Origin: a virus
Direction: 5' to 3' (one strand)
Length of the DNA: 64,000 nt
Virus record (IMG/VR): IMGVR_UViG_3300045988_088815
Coordinates: 32,001-96,000 of that record
Shown piece by piece: positions 18,179-26,799 of this stretch. The translations under genes and the position numbers were made by a program. Below the pieces are notes generated by a model. It made no database searches and was not told where the DNA came from. It was given only the letters and a program-made list of their open reading frames with translations. Positions within the stretch are counted from its first letter, which is position 1; the number at the start of each line of letters is the position of its first letter.

Positions 18179-18218
18179 CAGTTTTTGTGGTGTGTCTCAC
18201 CTGTTTTTTGCAAAGATA
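18179..18218 (-). promoter_or_regulatory. promoter (-7 TATCTTTG) plus conserved leader motif, copy F
   Basis: The minus strand reads TATCTTTGCAAAAAACAGGTGAGACACACCACAAAAACTG. Confidence 0.6.
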
Positions 18219-18341
18219 ATGAGATTTTATTGGCAGAGCAAATATTTTAATGTGTTATAACTTAGTTTAAGGAAAAATTTAATTATTTGCACAAAAATTA
18301 ATTGTGTAGTTTTCTGACTCGGCTATTTTCACATTATTATA

Positions 18342-18359
18342 TATAAATAGCTATCTTTG
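18342..18359 (+). promoter_or_regulatory. TATAAATA box abutting -7 box TATCTTTG upstream of the lysis cassette
   Basis: TATAAATAGCTATCTTTG read directly. Confidence 0.45.
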
Positions 18360-18378
18360 CAACAAAAAACATAAGGAA

Positions 18379-18807
18379 ATGACAGCGGAAACTATTCAAT
18401 TAATACAGACGGGAATTAATCTTCTTTGCGCATCGGGAGTTATCTCCACGTTGCTGTACTATAATAGTAGAAAACGAAAGGAGGCGGCACTCGCATCACA
18501 GGAAGAGAATAAGACTATTTCATCATATGCCGATGAGTGGAAGGCTCTCTATGAACGTTCCAACGAGTCGGTCGTTAATCTTAACAGTAAAATAGATGAA
18601 TTGTATGAGGAAATCAATCAGTATCGTATTACCATACGCAATCTTAGGGATGAGAAGAACGATTTGAAGCTTGCCTTGCATGAGGCACAATGGAACAGAT
18701 GCATCAAGGATGGATGCCAACTTAGAACCCCACCAAGAAAGCGAGAATCCTTAGAAACGTTGGTTGAAAAGGAAGAAAATGAGATATATCGTGACAGGGA
18801 GGATTAA
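18379..18807 (+). CDS. lysis-cassette membrane protein (N-terminal TM plus coiled coil)
   Basis: The TM helix GINLLCASGVISTLLYY is followed by a charged helical region; first gene of the holin-endolysin block. Confidence 0.55.
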   Translation: MTAETIQLIQTGINLLCASGVISTLLYYNSRKRKEAALASQEENKTISSYADEWKALYERSNESVVNLNSKIDELYEEINQYRITIRNLRDEKNDLKLALHEAQWNRCIKDGCQLRTPPRKRESLETLVEKEENEIYRDRED

Positions 18808-18810
18808 AAT

Positions 18811-19080
18811 ATGGTTAAGTATCTGAAATTACTCATACAAGTTAATAGCGGACATTCAAGCAAGGCATTCTTCTTAGTGTCCGTTACTCTGATAGGTCTC
18901 TTGATGCTCCTGGTTGTCTGCTTTATCTTAGTGTGGGAAGTGGTAACTTATGGGACGATCAAGACCGATTTGATGGGGTTAAGTGCATTTGTTGGTAGTG
19001 TAGCTAGTTTGTTCGTCACGGCTGGCATTACCAAGACGATAGGGGAACGTGGCGAACATCAAAACATAAACGACAAATAG
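18811..19080 (+). CDS. holin candidate (two TM helices)
   Basis: AFFLVSVTLIGLLMLLVVCFILVW and LSAFVGSVASLFVTAGI; immediately upstream of the endolysin. Confidence 0.6.
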   Translation: MVKYLKLLIQVNSGHSSKAFFLVSVTLIGLLMLLVVCFILVWEVVTYGTIKTDLMGLSAFVGSVASLFVTAGITKTIGERGEHQNINDK

Positions 19081-19083
19081 ACT

Positions 19084-19632
19084 ATGGCAGACTCAAGTAT
19101 TTTACAACCATTCATCCTCTCATTCGAGGGTGGATATTCTAACAAAAAGAGTGATAGGGGAGGCGCAACGATGAAAGGCGTGACTCTAGAGACGTTCCGT
19201 AAAGTTTATGGTGCTAGTAAGACTGCATCGGACTTGAAGAAGATAACTGATGAACAATGGCATCACATATTCAAGAAATATTATTGGGATGCTTGCAAGG
19301 CTGACCAAATCAACAACCAGTCTGTGGCTAATCTCTTGGTTGACTTTGCTTATAATAGTGGAGTAAGCAGAGCCGTACAAAAGATTCAAACTATCGTAGG
19401 AACAAAAGCTGATGGCATCATGGGCAATATGACCTTAGCTGCTATCAATTCATACAAACAAGGTCAATGGGCGTTGTTCGATAAGCTGAAGGTGTCACGA
19501 ATTGCCTTTCTCAATGCGATTGTGAACAATGACCCAAAGCAAAGTGTGAACCTGCATGGATGGCTTCGCAGGGTTGGAAATATACAATATGGAAAGCTCG
19601 TATGTAATACCGGAAAGATAATCACTTGGTAA
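19084..19632 (+). CDS. endolysin, glycoside hydrolase family 108 with PG_binding_3-like C-terminus
   Basis: FEGGYSNKKSDRGGATMKGVT matches the GH108 EGGYxNxxxDxGGxTxxG signature; ADGIMGNMTLAAINS matches the peptidoglycan-binding repeat. Confidence 0.85.
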   Translation: MADSSILQPFILSFEGGYSNKKSDRGGATMKGVTLETFRKVYGASKTASDLKKITDEQWHHIFKKYYWDACKADQINNQSVANLLVDFAYNSGVSRAVQKIQTIVGTKADGIMGNMTLAAINSYKQGQWALFDKLKVSRIAFLNAIVNNDPKQSVNLHGWLRRVGNIQYGKLVCNTGKIITW

Positions 19633-19765
19633 TCTTACGAGACACAGGCTCAACTAAGGCATTAGTAAGACCATCATTCTTAATTGGGTGGTGGTTTTTT
19701 CTTCACTTTTGAAATTTTGAAAAAGAAAGAGTGGGCGAAGAAATCGTTCCTTTTGGTTTTATTTG

Positions 19766-19773
19766 TACCTTTG
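19766..19773 (+). promoter_or_regulatory. -7 promoter box TACCTTTG
   Basis: TAnnTTTG match 20 nt upstream of ATG 19794 (AAAGGAGG lies between). Confidence 0.45.
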
Positions 19774-19793
19774 CACTCAAAAAGGAGGTTGAT

Positions 19794-20387
19794 ATGGAGC
19801 TTAGATTTGACTGGTGGCGTTGGCTCGTTACCATATTGGTAGGTTTCTTCATCATGCTGATGATGTACGGATGCCGGACAACAAGATATGTAGAAGTGGA
19901 AAAGGTGGTGCGAGACACTACTACTTACGCCCATTGGGACTCAATTATCAACGAAAGGGTCAAGCTTATTCGGGACAACTTGCTATCTTATCATTGGGAG
20001 CAGACCGAAAAACAGGTTAAGGATTCCACATACATCAAGGATGATGTCAAGACAAGGGTAGATGAGAGTGGTAAGGTGCTAGGTAAGGATTCTACTCATA
20101 TAGAGATTAGATACAGGGACAGCAAGGAACTATCCAAGGTTCGTGATAGCCTTATTCATTATAAGGAGATAGCAGAGCGAGCGAGTATATATAAGGCTCA
20201 GAGGGATAGCCTAAACAGAGAATTGAGTATTGCCCAGACCAAAAAGGAATATATTGAGAAAGACTTGGAGGGATGGGATTTGTTCTATTGGAAATTCGGT
20301 ATGATTTCCTTTTGGGTCGTTTCCTTGATGCTGGTTACAATGATTTTCTTTCTCACGGTAAAATATAAGAAACAGTTATTTTATTAG
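19794..20387 (+). CDS. unimolecular spanin candidate
   Basis: An N-terminal signal-like helix ends MLMMYGC (lipobox-like Cys). The middle is charged and the C-terminal TM is FGMISFWVVSLMLVTMIFFLTV. Start moved to the ATG downstream of the promoter box. Confidence 0.45.
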   Translation: MELRFDWWRWLVTILVGFFIMLMMYGCRTTRYVEVEKVVRDTTTYAHWDSIINERVKLIRDNLLSYHWEQTEKQVKDSTYIKDDVKTRVDESGKVLGKDSTHIEIRYRDSKELSKVRDSLIHYKEIAERASIYKAQRDSLNRELSIAQTKKEYIEKDLEGWDLFYWKFGMISFWVVSLMLVTMIFFLTVKYKKQLFY

Positions 20388-20439
20388 GTTGGTTTTTAGT
20401 TATTAAGGTTTTAGATTGGTTTAAGGTAACAACTTATGG

Positions 20440-20474
20440 AGCAGCTGCCAGTGATGGTGGTTGCTCTTTTTTTT
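20440..20474 (+). terminator. intrinsic terminator after lysis cassette
   Basis: AGCAGCTGCCA-GTGA-TGGTGGTTGCT (with G-T pairs) followed by TTTTTTTT. Confidence 0.7.
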
Positions 20475-20630
20475 GTCTTGAAAATGCCTTAGAGTGTAAA
20501 ATGTTAAAATTGCAAGCGGCTTAATGTATTTGTAGTTTTGTATACGTAACTAAAATTGTGTTATGTGTTAAAAATGCGCAATTAGAGTAGAATAATACAT
20601 TAAAGCTCTTGCAGTTTGAAAATAAATTAG

Positions 20631-20638
20631 TATCTTTG
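20631..20638 (+). promoter_or_regulatory. -7 promoter box TATCTTTG
   Basis: Exact TAnnTTTG match. Confidence 0.5.
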
Positions 20639-20644
20639 CAGCGT

Positions 20645-20764
20645 GCTTTGTTGGTGCTGACACGCTTACAAGAATCAATAAGATTTTCCGTGGCGAAAGC
20701 CATACCACGATAATCCTTACCTAGATTTCGGTGTCAGACGAATGAAGGGTAAGGATTTCTTTTT
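20645..20764 (+). ncRNA. structured leader or small RNA ending in an intrinsic terminator (possible attenuator)
   Basis: AGCGTG/CACGCT stem, TGGC-GAAA-GCCA tetraloop hairpin, then a 10-bp stem AATCCTTACC/GGTAAGGATT plus TCTTTTT. No ORF; no further -7 box before ATG 20872. Confidence 0.4.
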
Positions 20765-20871
20765 AGAATCCTTGTTTTGAGTCGAAACATTCTTAGATTG
20801 CTCTAGGTTAGCAATGGGCAATAATTGTTGGAGTAGGCGAAACACAGATAAGGTAAACAAATAAGGAATTT

Positions 20872-21702
20872 ATGGGAAAGCATTATTTACACATACGTAT
20901 GGACTTGGTAAAGAAGTATACCTATGGTGCGTCATCGCAAGAAGTGAAAGCGCACAAGGAGACTCTTTGCTTTGCCATTTGGTGTAAGATGCAACGCAGA
21001 AATTCTGTAATATTTAACTTAACCATCAAGGATGTAAAGAAAAAACTCGGTGTAGGCTATCCAAAGGCAAGAAAATTGCTAAAGGATGTCAAGGAGGATG
21101 GACTCTTTACAGAACTTGGTAACGGGCGATTTATCGTGAATACGTTCCGTGATAAAGAAAAGAAGCCCAATAAAAAGGGCGGTCGCTTTCAAGGGGCTTA
21201 CGTTTGTCGTATTCCTATTAATAAGGACTATAAGCTAAAGGAGTTATATTCTATAGTCAACAATATTTTGTACACATCGGTTATTAGTGGTGCTCGTCAA
21301 GACTGTTTTAACGTTGGCAACAATGATTGTGCTTGGCATCAACTAACTACTAACTCGTTTGCAAAGGTTGTGAATATGGGTCATGGCTCTATATGCCGAA
21401 TCAAGAAGAATCTTATCTGCGAAGGTAAGATTAAGTCCACGTATGCGGAAATGCACATGGCAGATGATAGAAACGAGGGAGAGATGGAACGAACATTGCA
21501 AAGGTTTGGTCGTAGGAACTTTACGTTTAACGTAGGTAACCTGCACTATTTAATTATACCTTGCTCTTACTCTTTTGGAGACCGAGAGACTTCTATTGCT
21601 ATCAAGCACAGAATCTATGGTTATAAATTGAAGGGACATCGAATGCAAATAAAGGAAAATGGCACAATAGGAAATCTACCTGATGACTTCTATGGTGGGT
21701 AA
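20872..21702 (+). CDS. basic protein, possible winged-helix DNA-binding / replication-module protein
   Basis: 276-aa ORF, first gene after the structured leader; function guessed from composition only. Confidence 0.5.
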   Translation: MGKHYLHIRMDLVKKYTYGASSQEVKAHKETLCFAIWCKMQRRNSVIFNLTIKDVKKKLGVGYPKARKLLKDVKEDGLFTELGNGRFIVNTFRDKEKKPNKKGGRFQGAYVCRIPINKDYKLKELYSIVNNILYTSVISGARQDCFNVGNNDCAWHQLTTNSFAKVVNMGHGSICRIKKNLICEGKIKSTYAEMHMADDRNEGEMERTLQRFGRRNFTFNVGNLHYLIIPCSYSFGDRETSIAIKHRIYGYKLKGHRMQIKENGTIGNLPDDFYGG

Positions 21703-21814
21703 GTTCTATTTTGGACATTTTCATATTAGTAGTTAGTTGGAATAAGTATAGGAGTCTTTAAGAGGCTAACGTGTTCCTTGATATATTACGTGTTATTATT
21801 ATATATACGAGATT

Positions 21815-23005
21815 ATGAAGAAGATAGAAGAAAAGTACTTGGAATCAGAACATCAAGTTAGAGCTTATGATGTTTATCTGAGTTCATATCGTGTGAAAGG
21901 TGCAAATCGAGTGTTGGCTTATAGTCGATTGTATGATGGTGACAAATTCATTCGTGACAACTTCCTGGTCAACGAGCAACAAGCCGACAAAATAGAGGCT
22001 ATGTTTGACTTGGTTAATAGAATATTGGAAACTTGTAAGGATATAGACTTGTTTACGATTCGTGTTTCAAACAAAACTTTTGCGAATTTAGTGAAGAATG
22101 CTGACTTTGCGGAAGAGTCTAATCGCTACTTTGGCAATATATCTAGATTTAAACGTCTGCTTGGCAAGAGGGAGGTGATAATTGTTATTCCCAATTGGTG
22201 TACCGCAAACAAAAAAGATTATGCTATTGACGAAATGGCAAAGGATTTGTATGCGAAGATACCATCTTCCCGAGTCTTTTCGGGTTTCTGTATAAAGAAA
22301 AATTGGATAGAAAAGGGCTTTATCGAAGATTTGTGGGACTTGTTATGGAAAAACGAATGGAGACAGAAAGATGGAAACTATTGTGATGATTGGCGAACAT
22401 TGGCAGGTGCTTACAACTCCGTTTTGCGAACAGGCAAGAATGCAAAGTATGGAAAGGTTCAACCTAAGAAAGAAGAAACTGTTGTGGAAAGAAAAAGGCT
22501 TCTTCCAAACTATATTTGCTATACAGATGGCAGCTGCGATAACTATTCCACCCATAAGGCAGGTGGTTCTGCGTATATTGTTGTGAATACATCTACAGGT
22601 GAACTTGAAAAGGTCAAGACACACCATTGCTTGCATACTACCAATAATAGAATGGAGATGTTAGCGATAATATCAGCCGTTAATTATTGCCCGAAAGGTT
22701 CTGTCATAGAGGTTCGAAGTGATTCCAAGTACGCATTAAAGATGTTCCGATATACAGATTGGGAAATAGGCGCAGATATAAAGAACACAGATTTAATCAA
22801 GTTGTATCGTAAGTGTGCAAAGGATAAGCTTGTTATTTTGACTTGGGTAAAGGGACATAATGGCGATGATTTGAACGAGCAAGCGGATTGCTTGGCTTTT
22901 GGTGCATATGAGAAAGCATTAAAAGAGAATGGCTTACCAATGGCTCCTGAGAAGTATCGTGCTATGAGACGAGGCAAGCAGACGGTGTTTGAAACAGATA
23001 ATTAA
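21815..23005 (+). CDS. RNase H domain protein with unknown 230-aa N-terminal extension
   Basis: The C-terminal YTDGSC...NNRMEMLAI...VRSDSKY...GHNGDDLNEQADCLA gives the DEDD RNase HI pattern. Confidence 0.75.
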   Translation: MKKIEEKYLESEHQVRAYDVYLSSYRVKGANRVLAYSRLYDGDKFIRDNFLVNEQQADKIEAMFDLVNRILETCKDIDLFTIRVSNKTFANLVKNADFAEESNRYFGNISRFKRLLGKREVIIVIPNWCTANKKDYAIDEMAKDLYAKIPSSRVFSGFCIKKNWIEKGFIEDLWDLLWKNEWRQKDGNYCDDWRTLAGAYNSVLRTGKNAKYGKVQPKKEETVVERKRLLPNYICYTDGSCDNYSTHKAGGSAYIVVNTSTGELEKVKTHHCLHTTNNRMEMLAIISAVNYCPKGSVIEVRSDSKYALKMFRYTDWEIGADIKNTDLIKLYRKCAKDKLVILTWVKGHNGDDLNEQADCLAFGAYEKALKENGLPMAPEKYRAMRRGKQTVFETDN

Positions 23006-23023
23006 AGATAAATTTGATTTATT

Positions 23024-23374
23024 ATGAAAGAGTTAAGTTTTGATAAGCTATACGTAAAGTTTAGCAATTTATATTGTGAGTATCGTAGTAGAAAGCAATT
23101 CTTGAAGTGGTTGAAATCCTCAAAGAATCTTTCTGAAGAGTTGTTTGAAGTAACGCCAAGTGAAGGTGGTTCGTTTGACGTTGTGTTGTCTTTTGAAGAG
23201 ATAAAGGATGTATTCCCGATTATGGAGAATTCATTGCCTAAGTACGAAAACGATATAAAGCAAGTTCTTTTGGCTATAAAGGAAATGGGACAGCTTGAAG
23301 TTGCAAAGATATGGCATGAGGATGATTGGGGTGATGGCTTTGTAGAGGATTTTTGTAAAACCCATGATATTTAA
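23024..23374 (+). CDS. hypothetical protein
   Basis: 116-aa ORF abutting the methyltransferase gene. Confidence 0.55.
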   Translation: MKELSFDKLYVKFSNLYCEYRSRKQFLKWLKSSKNLSEELFEVTPSEGGSFDVVLSFEEIKDVFPIMENSLPKYENDIKQVLLAIKEMGQLEVAKIWHEDDWGDGFVEDFCKTHDI

Positions 23375-24423
23375 TGAAGATACGGACGTTTGAACTTTGT
23401 GCCGGATATGACTCTCAACTGATGGCTTTGGAGCGGTTGAAGAAGAAATATTCTGATTTCGATTACGAGTGCATCGGATGGTCTGAGATAGAGCCAAATG
23501 CAATAGCTTTGCATAATGCTTGCTTTCCTAGTCTATCCGGCAAGAACTTTGGTGACATGACCAAGATAGATTGGAGCAAGGTAGCCGATTTTGACTTGCT
23601 GACATATTCAACACCTTGCCAGTCTGTTTCGCAAGCCGGAAAGCAGAAAGGAATAGAGGAGGGAAGCAATACACGTTCCTCTATCCTTTGGTTCACAAGA
23701 AACGCCATTATTACCAAGAGGCCGAAATACCTCTTGATGGAGAATGTAGAGGCTTTGGTTCAAACAAAGTTCATAGGGTTCTTTAACAAGTGGCGCAAGG
23801 AGTTAGAATCATATGGATATATCAACTTCGCTAAGGTGGTAAATGCAGCCGACTGCGGTGTTCCTCAGAACAGAAAGCGTGTATTTATGCTCTCTATACG
23901 AAACGATGGTGATAAGATAGATTATCATTTTCCGAGAAAGACAAAACTAGAGAAACACTTGGTTGATGTCTTGGAGGAAAATGTGGATGAGAAGTACTTT
24001 TTTAGTGATGACTTGCTATGTAAAGAGAAATTTGTATCGAATGAATGGAAAGAACCTATGAGTGCAGCTATAAGAACTCGTTCTGAGGGGAAGTGGATAA
24101 AAGGCGAAAAGCATAGTTCAAAGGTCGAACTTGGAAAGAACATAGCCAATACCATTACATCTGCGAGCAAGGACTCCTTGGTTGTGCTTGGAGAGACAAG
24201 GTTGCGCATTAGGCGTTTGACTCCGAGAGAACTCTTCCGCTTAATGAACGTTGACGAAGAATACATAGACAAGATGCTTGAAAGTGGAGTGTCGAAGTCA
24301 AGTCTTCAAAAGGCTGCTGGAAATTCGATTGTCGTAGCTTGCATGGAGAGGATATTCAAGGAACTTTGGTTTTCTGAGAGTAATGTTAAGGTCGCTGATG
24401 ATGGTCAGCTATGCTTATTTTAA
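23374..24423 (+). CDS. dcm: DNA (cytosine-5)-methyltransferase
   Basis: Motifs ELCAGYDS (I), TPCQSVSQAG (IV), MENV (VI), QNRKRVF (VIII) and GNSIVV (X). Confidence 0.9.
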   Translation: MKIRTFELCAGYDSQLMALERLKKKYSDFDYECIGWSEIEPNAIALHNACFPSLSGKNFGDMTKIDWSKVADFDLLTYSTPCQSVSQAGKQKGIEEGSNTRSSILWFTRNAIITKRPKYLLMENVEALVQTKFIGFFNKWRKELESYGYINFAKVVNAADCGVPQNRKRVFMLSIRNDGDKIDYHFPRKTKLEKHLVDVLEENVDEKYFFSDDLLCKEKFVSNEWKEPMSAAIRTRSEGKWIKGEKHSSKVELGKNIANTITSASKDSLVVLGETRLRIRRLTPRELFRLMNVDEEYIDKMLESGVSKSSLQKAAGNSIVVACMERIFKELWFSESNVKVADDGQLCLF

Positions 24424-24668
24424 ATATTGACGATATGATGTTTTTAAATATTAACGAGAAAAAGGAGAAAGCAAATGCTATCTCATACAAGATAGATGAG
24501 TACATCTGGGGACGAAAGGATTTTGTTACCGATTGCCCCTATGGTGAGAAAGGCAGATACACCAATGCAATTAATAAAGTTGGTGATTTGGGGTGTAATA
24601 CTTGTGAATGGCAGGTAAGACATGACCCAAGTACGCAAGTTGTGATGTGCTCCCATCCAAAGGTGTAG
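24411..24668 (+). CDS. small Cys-containing protein
   Basis: 85-aa ORF overlapping the previous stop by 13 nt. Confidence 0.5.
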   Translation: MLILNIDDMMFLNINEKKEKANAISYKIDEYIWGRKDFVTDCPYGEKGRYTNAINKVGDLGCNTCEWQVRHDPSTQVVMCSHPKV

Positions 24669-24705
24669 AAGAGCGAGATTAATAAACTTTTTAAGGATAT
24701 GTGAT

Positions 24706-25104
24706 ATGGATAAGGAGAAATTAAAGAATGATTACGAGAATGCTTGCAATGCTTACTTGAAGGCATTCTGTGAGAAGCATGAATTTTACGGATTAGATAA
24801 TCCGGAGACATTTTGGATAGGTGACCAAGTTGGAGGAATAGCTAATTGTGGCGATTTGACTTTCGATATGGCTACTATTGTAACAGATATTGAAAAGGAA
24901 GCTCCCGAAGAAGAGTTGTTGAAGTGGTACGATTATACTATTGAAGCTAGAGAGTTCAATTTGCCTGTTCCAAACTTCGACCATTGGCTTATGGGGTGTC
25001 CTATAACACCAAGTAAATGGTTCGAGATTATGCGAGCAAAGCGCAAGGAATTTGAGGACTTGTTGAAACAAGAAAATGAAAGGTTGAAAAATGGAAAGAA
25101 GTAA
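24706..25104 (+). CDS. hypothetical protein
   Basis: 132-aa ORF in the packed + strand block. Confidence 0.55.
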   Translation: MDKEKLKNDYENACNAYLKAFCEKHEFYGLDNPETFWIGDQVGGIANCGDLTFDMATIVTDIEKEAPEEELLKWYDYTIEAREFNLPVPNFDHWLMGCPITPSKWFEIMRAKRKEFEDLLKQENERLKNGKK

Positions 25105-25369
25105 TCTTTTTAATCATTTGTTGAGGATATTTGATGAAGGTCTCAGTATGAAGACTACCGAACTTGAATATGGTACACTTGAAGTTACTGTAGAGAATCG
25201 AAGCCAAGACAAGAAAATCACATTCTTAGCAAAGGGTATGGAGGATGCCAATCAGAAAGCAGCGGAATGGCAGGTTGGACAAATGCTCTTGAATTGCGAT
25301 GATTTCGAGGAGATTGTTATGTTCTTGGCTCAAAGAAAGAAACTTAAAAAGGAAATGTCAAATGGATAA
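25091..25369 (+). CDS. hypothetical protein
   Basis: 92-aa ORF overlapping its neighbours. Confidence 0.5.
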   Translation: MERSNLFNHLLRIFDEGLSMKTTELEYGTLEVTVENRSQDKKITFLAKGMEDANQKAAEWQVGQMLLNCDDFEEIVMFLAQRKKLKKEMSNG

Positions 25370-25535
25370 GAATTTTAGAAGTTGTTTTTGTTGCGTCCAT
25401 TTCTTGGTAATACAAAATACAAGTATAGGAAATATTTTGAAATGCAAGAAAGGTAGCACTACGAAAGTACAAGGGAAGCGAGTGACAGAAATCGCTGCAA
25501 GATGCAAAAATTACAAAGCGTTAGGCACACGTTAA
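25362..25535 (+). CDS. small Cys-rich protein
   Basis: 57-aa ORF from an internal ATG overlapping the previous stop (SCFCCVHF...CKKG...CKNY). Confidence 0.4.
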   Translation: MDKNFRSCFCCVHFLVIQNTSIGNILKCKKGSTTKVQGKRVTEIAARCKNYKALGTR

Positions 25536-25664
25536 AGAACATAGTAAGATAAAATTAAGGATAAAGGTAATTGGCCGCATGAGTATTTGAGAAAGAGAAA
25601 AATGTAAAAAGTTTAAAATAAATGGTAGAAACTATATTAAACAATTAAAATACATTAATAATAT

Positions 25665-25775
25665 AAAGAAACACATTAAAACGCTTGCATGTTTCGAATA
25701 TTCTTTGTATCTTTGCATTGCAATTAAGAAATAAAGGTTATTAATTTGAAAAGGTGAGACACACCATAAAAACTG
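25665..25775 (+). promoter_or_regulatory. promoter/leader cassette copy A (upstream element, -7 TATCTTTG at 25708, leader GGTGAGACACACC at 25753)
   Basis: About 110 bp homologous to 31964-32074 and 59611-59723. Confidence 0.7.
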
Positions 25776-25778
25776 GGA

Positions 25779-26090
25779 ATGATGACAAAAAAGGAAATAA
25801 TAAAACAATGGTTGGATGAGCCGAAAGTGAGATATTGTAATAATTCTAATTTCACTTTGGGTTATGGTGATGGCTGGGATTGGGTTAAAGATGTTCTACG
25901 ACCAGCTATCACGAAGAACGCTATGTTTCTCAGATTCTTGGAGTATGGTTTCCGTGAGATAGAAGAGTTTTTGAAATCAAAAACCGGAAAACCGAGCGAA
26001 GAGGATTGTTCCTTGTATTCTGTTGGATATAAGGATGGTGTCAATGATGCCATGATTGCAATTAAGAATAGATTTGAAAATTTAAAATAG
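25779..26090 (+). CDS. hypothetical protein
   Basis: 103-aa ORF starting 3 nt after the leader motif. Confidence 0.6.
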   Translation: MMTKKEIIKQWLDEPKVRYCNNSNFTLGYGDGWDWVKDVLRPAITKNAMFLRFLEYGFREIEEFLKSKTGKPSEEDCSLYSVGYKDGVNDAMIAIKNRFENLK

Positions 26091-26098
26091 GAGGTTAA

Positions 26099-26389
26099 AT
26101 GGATTTAGGAAAGGCGATTAAGACAATGAGGGTAAGCAAGGGCTTGACCCAACGACAACTTGGTAAGGCTATCGGTTGTAGTGAGACAAATATGTTGTTT
26201 ATGGAGACCGGAAGAACGTTTCCACGTAAGAGTAAGATTGATGCAATATGCAAGGTATTGGAGATTCCGATGTCTTATTTGTTGATGTTCTCTATTACAC
26301 CGGATGATATTCCGGAAGATAAGCAGAGTTTGTATACAAGCATCGTTGAGCCGATGCGTAACGAATTTATTAGGGAGTTGTTGCGATGA
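26099..26389 (+). CDS. XRE-family helix-turn-helix regulator
   Basis: IKTMRVSKGLTQRQLGKAIGCSETNMLFMETGRTFP is a classic HTH_3 pattern. Confidence 0.8.
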   Translation: MDLGKAIKTMRVSKGLTQRQLGKAIGCSETNMLFMETGRTFPRKSKIDAICKVLEIPMSYLLMFSITPDDIPEDKQSLYTSIVEPMRNEFIRELLR

Positions 26390-26598
26390 AGAGATGCTAT
26401 TATTTTGTGGCTAAGTATGTCAAGAATGGCATAACACGTACATGTACAGGTACACAAGAGACGATTGATGGCTATTTTGATTTCGTCAGTGCTGGAAATT
26501 TTATAGCACAGAAACATAATGTTGATTCAAAAGACGTAATTGTAACTTTTTGGTCTGAGATTAATTCAGTAATGTTAGATAAATATAAAAAGCATTAG
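26386..26598 (+). CDS. hypothetical protein
   Basis: 70-aa ORF, ATGA overlap with the upstream gene. Confidence 0.5.
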   Translation: MKRCYYFVAKYVKNGITRTCTGTQETIDGYFDFVSAGNFIAQKHNVDSKDVIVTFWSEINSVMLDKYKKH

Positions 26599-26610
26599 AA
26601 AGCATAAAAA

Positions 26611-26799
26611 ATGGTTGAATTCGAGTATGAAGGCAGTATCATTTGGAAAAATTACGATTTCCATTTTATGCCTTGTGTAGGTGATAAAGTCGTGATTAAC
26701 AATCTTACATACAAGATTAAGTCTCGTGTGTTCAAGTGCCAAGGAAAGACAGTTAAAGTTGTTTTAAAAAAGGTTGATAATGAAAATACGAATAGTTAA
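26611..26799 (+). CDS. hypothetical protein
   Basis: 62-aa ORF in the packed block. Confidence 0.45.
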   Translation: MVEFEYEGSIIWKNYDFHFMPCVGDKVVINNLTYKIKSRVFKCQGKTVKVVLKKVDNENTNS

